From contig JAYWIR010000007.1 in the NCBI GenBank assembly GCA_036172245.1, positions 4,402,001-4,466,000 of the forward strand: a stretch of DNA of 64,000 nt, in the 5' to 3' direction. Position numbers and translations under genes: made by a program. The notes under the pieces were generated by a model. It saw nothing but the letters and a program-made list of their open reading frames with translations. It made no database searches and had not been told where the DNA came from. The DNA is from Raillietiella orientalis. Its lineage: Eukaryota. Shown here one piece after another: positions 59,701 to 64,000 of the stretch (the stretch's first letter is position 1; each line of letters opens with the position of its first letter).

Positions 59701-61832
59701 GAGACAACTGAAAAGTGGTAGAGAAGAGGAACGAGATAGGAAGAGAACATCTGTCTAGAAGCAACTTCTTCCCTCCGCTCTATGCAGCCAGTATAGACAA
59801 AAAATCTCTCTCCTGTCTTACGACAAATGACAGAGTTTGTGAGCGATGATGCAGGGTAGCATCCGCTCAAGCAGTCAACGAAGTCGTTGCAGTCGTCATT
59901 AGCCTTGTGATTAGCTCAGTTGCTTTCCTTGTAGAGGACTTCCGAGAATCGTTCACGAATTCGCTCTCCTCAAGTATGACCCGTGTATACACCACCTATG
60001 TATACATACCTTCAGTAGTATTTTTTAATGCTACTTTAGAAGTAACCGAAAATTACTCAAAGTCCACCTTCACTAATAAAAGCAAAGGGCAGCACCGTCT
60101 CGTTTACGGTTTTTCAAATCAGGAAAACAGTCCTTTCCAAATGTACTCTACCAATGGGAATTTTCCGTTAGGTATTCTGGAAAATGAGAGAGATTTTGCT
60201 TCTATCATTTGCTTCTGATCAGAAAAGTGCGACTCGACATTTTAAGAAAATGCTTTATCATTGGCACTAAACGTCACCATTTATATTATTCTGAAAGTCA
60301 TCAAACTTATCAACAAAAAAAAACAGAATTCTGAATTTTATTTAATGCCGATAAGTGATCTTGATCCTTTCGGCAAGCATAACCGGTGAGGATATTCATT
60401 ACCGAGGATCCGTTTTACTGAACTGAAATAAAAATGAATCTTGAGTTGTTTCAGATGAAATAACTTGCTAACAAAATTCTAGCAAAGGACTCAGTCTCAA
60501 CTTGAGTACGCTTATATGTGTACTGCTAGTTCTCGAGCAGCTCTTGAGTTGGAGAGTCTTCTTCGGTAATGGAGTCCTCCTTGGTGATGAAAATATAGAA
60601 CTTTGGTTCTTGTTTTCAGAATAAAATGCTTGTTTTCAGAGGTCTGTCAAAGCATTCTCTTCGAGATAATTCCCACTCTCTGATTATTCTGTTTCCAAAG
60701 AGATGCTTTCAAATATTGTTTTTGAAACTGCTCTCCACTCTTCTGTCCATTGTTTCCGAAGGAACACATTGTGTTTCTTTATATGCGATTATTCTGATAC
60801 ATTATCTCTGTGCAATAAACGAATCTGCGATTGAAACTTATTTAAATCTCCAAAACTAATATTTTGGTCGAACAGATTTTACTTATGCATTGATTTAAAA
60901 ACGAATCAATGTTAATGATATTGTATTCATATATTGGTATTTTCTTTAAAAAAATTGCTTGGCATCGTTTGAGCGCAACTATGGATTTGTTTTTTTTGCA
61001 GTTCAAATTTGTTACGCTCCCAACGTAAAGGAATGGTGTCAGCAATGTGATGCTTTGTTGCATAGTGAACCAAACTGAGTGATAACTAGGTAAAAACAGT
61101 ATATTAGTATTTGATTCATTTCGGCAAATTTCACATATTGCCTATTGCTGTTATAAAACCTTTCGGTTTTTGAAAGAAATCAGTAGTATTAGAACACAGA
61201 ATGGATTGTGAAATATGTTTTTTCGTATTCAAGGTTAACTTAATATGTAACGCCCATTTCATTTTCACTTTATGGCAGTGAAGTATGCATCAAAGTAAGC
61301 AATTGCAATATGCAGTGAATATTGCGTTAATTGACTGGTTTTGATAAATTAGACTCCTGCAGAGTAACTATACCGTAATAGTAGGATTTTATAAAATAAG
61401 TAGCACAGAGATACGTAAATATGGAAATGCATTTGCTAGAAAAGAGCTGACATTCATCCCAATAAAAAGATGATGACATAGTTTCGTTTGAGATATAGAG
61501 ATATAGGTTATGGACTTAAGATGTTTATGTTTCATAAACGATTTCTGATTCCCAATACATTAAACATAGTTTTTAGTTTCTCTCCACGATCTGGAATCTC
61601 CAAAGTATCTGAGTTAATTGAATTACCATTCAAGTTTCCTGTCATTTATGTACTGCGCAAGTGCAGTCAGTTTCTTCAAGTGGTTATAAAATTTGAAATC
61701 CACTTTTTGTGCCAAATGGTGTTTCGCGGTTGTTCTCTCTTCGTTTAACTGAAGGTACAATATCATACTTCCGCTTATGTGAATTACATGCTGTATGCAT
61801 TGTGGACACTCCTAGTGTGTGATTTTATCACC

Positions 61833-61963
61833 ATGAAGAAGTCTTTCTCAGAGGGGATGAAAAGCTCCTTAGATGAACAAGTCTCTGGGGAAGATGTACA
61901 CAAGTGGTTTGTGACAGTAATGGGATGCCCAGAGAATCTGCTTACTAAGGAGCAGTGTTCAAA
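61833..61963 (+). CDS. HAUS5: HAUS5 exon 1
   Basis: ATCACCATGA start context; donor AA|GTAGGA removes the in-frame TAG at 61965. Confidence 0.7.
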
Positions 61964-63779
61964 GTAGGAGACTTGTCAAATATCAGTTGCTTTGTATAGG
62001 CCATACCAGATTGTGCCATCCCAAGAATTGGCAGCTGTTGCAATTTTTGGTGAAGCAGGTGAGACCTGCCCAGTTTGTAGTCAACCTCAAGCAGAATTTG
62101 AGACTGCATCACCTTCAAAACTATTTACAAAAGCAGCCCATTAGTCTGGTAAGCAAAAGCCTGAAACATTACAAAACCAGAAAATATTTGGCACAGCCTA
62201 TCTTGTCACGAGTGCAACAAGCCCAGCTGCAGAAAGATTTACAGTTAGTAAAAAATGTACAATTGCAAAGAAAGTTGGACACATTAAGACAGCATGTATC
62301 TCAACTAAGGACCAAGCTGAATCATACATACTGTAAGTGGTTTGTACCTTAAGAATCTCAATACAAAGCTTTGTATCCACAGATTCCCTTTATACTCCTG
62401 ACTTGTATTTCTCACATCATTTGCAACATACAATAAGCATTTTCCAACAGCATTTGGAAAGAATTGAAGAGCACCAGCAATCCATTCAGATCTTAAACCA
62501 GGAACTGCAACAGCTTCATTTGCCTTTAACCTCCGGCATGCATTTGGAGATGCATGATGCTAAGGTAGACAACTTGACAACTTCCCCCTAATCCAAATGT
62601 TAGTAGCAACAATTACAAGAGGATCTGCTTGCTATCCAAGCCCATATTGCAGGCTTCTGCAATGCAGGCAGGCTGCAAGCTAGTCCTGTGGCCACACCTG
62701 CTCTTAGAAGCAGGCTGCTGGAACATAGTACTCGACTGTCAGTTTCTCAGTTGTGTGAAATACTAATTGACTGTTGCACAATCCAGGAGCAACGGCTGCG
62801 GAAGGCTCTTCTAGATCTCAATAACGTGGCCAGGTGAGGAGAATGAAATTCCATGTCATGCTGTGATGCAGTCAGCAGGATAGGGAGCTCATTGAAGAAG
62901 CACAGCATCGAGGGTGCTATGAATACATGCAGGTGTATTTGCTGAGGCTTCAGATTCAAAAGAAGGTTGCTGAACTCGAGATCCAGTCCCCAAGTGCATG
63001 TAGTCTTTGTCCTACATCATATGCCTCACGTGCTCAACTGAAAGTGGTGCAGACATTGGCTGGCAAATTTAAGCATCAGATAGACTCACTGAAGTTGGTC
63101 CCGGAACAGTTGCTGGAATTAGACACATGCTTGCAAGCTGGTCAGCAGCAGTTGGTGAGCTTAGCCTTCCAGTGCTTCTTTGATCATCCTTCCCTAGGAA
63201 ATTCAAGCAGATCTGTTGTATCAATTGTTGGGTTGCATAGAGGAGCAGCTCGTAACCTCTCAAACAGAGCCTTGGTCTCCCCCAGATTTGAAGCTGCAGT
63301 TGTTTATTCCCAGTTCTGATAGTCTTTCATCTTTCCCAAGCATGAGTTTGCAGAGACCTACCGGGTCGACAACAAATGAGCATCAAATCCCTGCTTATCA
63401 CAGCTCATATGCAGCCCTGCTGATGCAGTCACAGGTGGAAAAGCAAGCTCTCTTGTTGTGTCAGATCCATGATTTATACCACTTACTGCAAAAGCACGTT
63501 CTAACTTTCGAAGAAGGTGAGTTGTTATGAATTGCACCTGAACGTTTGCTGTTAGGGGCTGCAGAGGAAGAAACTTGGGCACGTACCATCCTTGATATGG
63601 AAAAAAGACTACATCAGTTAGAATTAAGTGGACATGAAAGTCTAGTGTTCTTGGAAGAAGTGCGCTCAGCAAAAGAAGATGTGCTGAAACAGCCTGCTGG
63701 CCACTGTGATGCTGGTTTTACATATGAGGGGCTGACCCTGCCAGAGTGGGAGCAACGCTTTCAGAATGCTCGTTGTTAA
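61833..63779 (+). CDS. HAUS5: HAUS augmin-like complex subunit 5 (dgt5)-like, 7 exons, about 562 aa: join(61833..61963,62010..62332,62383..62564,62607..62833,62872..63154,63198..63516,63556..63779)
   Basis: Consecutive short ORFs join in frame through six GT..AG introns (46, 50, 42, 38 [or 50 with an alternative acceptor at 62883], 43 and 39 nt). The N-terminus KWFVTVMGCP...KLC...LQFLVKQVRP....NLKQNL and C-terminus QPA...EGLTLPEWEQRF match my recollection of HAUS5/Dgt5 termini, and the middle is coiled-coil-like. The start may be 61833 or 61857. Identity comes from remembered motifs, not a search. Confidence 0.8.
62010..62332 (+). CDS. HAUS5: HAUS5 exon 2
   Basis: Acceptor CCAG| at 62009; donor GTAAGT at 62333. 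Confidence 0.8.
62383..62564 (+). CDS. HAUS5: HAUS5 exon 3
   Basis: Acceptor CACAG| at 62382; donor AAG|GTAGAC at 62565. Confidence 0.75.
62607..62833 (+). CDS. HAUS5: HAUS5 exon 4 (not in ORF track)
   Basis: Acceptor TAGTAG| at 62606 with CTAAT branch site; open frame QQLQEDLLAIQ...LDLNNVA; donor AG|GTGAGG at 62834. Confidence 0.75.
62872..63154 (+). CDS. HAUS5: HAUS5 exon 5
   Basis: Acceptor TGCAG| at 62871 (alternative at 62883); donor TTG|GTGAGC at 63155. Confidence 0.72.
63198..63516 (+). CDS. HAUS5: HAUS5 exon 6
   Basis: Acceptor CCTTCCCTAG| at 63197; donor G|GTGAGT at 63517. Confidence 0.78.
63556..63779 (+). CDS. HAUS5: HAUS5 exon 7 (terminal)
   Basis: Acceptor GTTAG| at 63555; QPAGHC...GLTLPEWEQRF; TAA at 63777-63779. 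Confidence 0.82.
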
Positions 63780-64000
63780 TTTAGAAAGTGCCCTTTCATC
63801 AAGCCTGCAAAGAATACAGTCAACTCTAAGAGCAATACACCTCAGGGGAGTGAGCATTCTGCTGAGGTGTACTGCTCGCAGAGTTGCTCTTGATGACGAA
63901 AAGATTTGACCCCATCGTTCTTGATGGCACCAAACCAAACCGGAAAAACCGAACGGATTGCGTATTCAGGCAAAACTTTCGAAATGAAACTTTGAAATCT

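Noticed and set aside
59867..59995. Possible minus-strand terminal exon (AG acceptor, 43 codons to TGA)
   Set aside because: No recognisable homology, and I could not link any upstream exon to it.

Overview
This is eukaryotic (invertebrate animal-like) genomic DNA, not prokaryotic, and most entries in the ORF track are spurious open frames in GC-rich, low-complexity sequence. Two spliced genes could be assembled by hand. The first is a complete 5-exon Van Gogh/strabismus (Vang) planar-cell-polarity gene on the minus strand (39583-32556, 543 aa, ending in ETSV). The second is a 7-exon HAUS5/dgt5 augmin-subunit gene on the plus strand (61833-63779, about 562 aa) whose introns are only 38-50 nt. 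Mobile DNA comprises a decayed, nearly full-length RLE-type non-LTR retrotransposon resembling Utopia/NeSL (about 52.5-56.8 kb) and a nest of at least six decayed L1/Tx1-like 3' fragments in mixed orientation (about 4-9.4 kb). The window shifts from a GC- and CpG-rich domain to an AT-rich domain near 59.7 kb, and CpG depletion is confined to the HAUS5 gene body. Several perfect 16-17 bp hairpins, an inverted duplication with an internally flipped stem-loop, and a CTGGCAAC motif array remain unexplained. I found no convincing novel multi-gene system; the findings are leads of modest strength.
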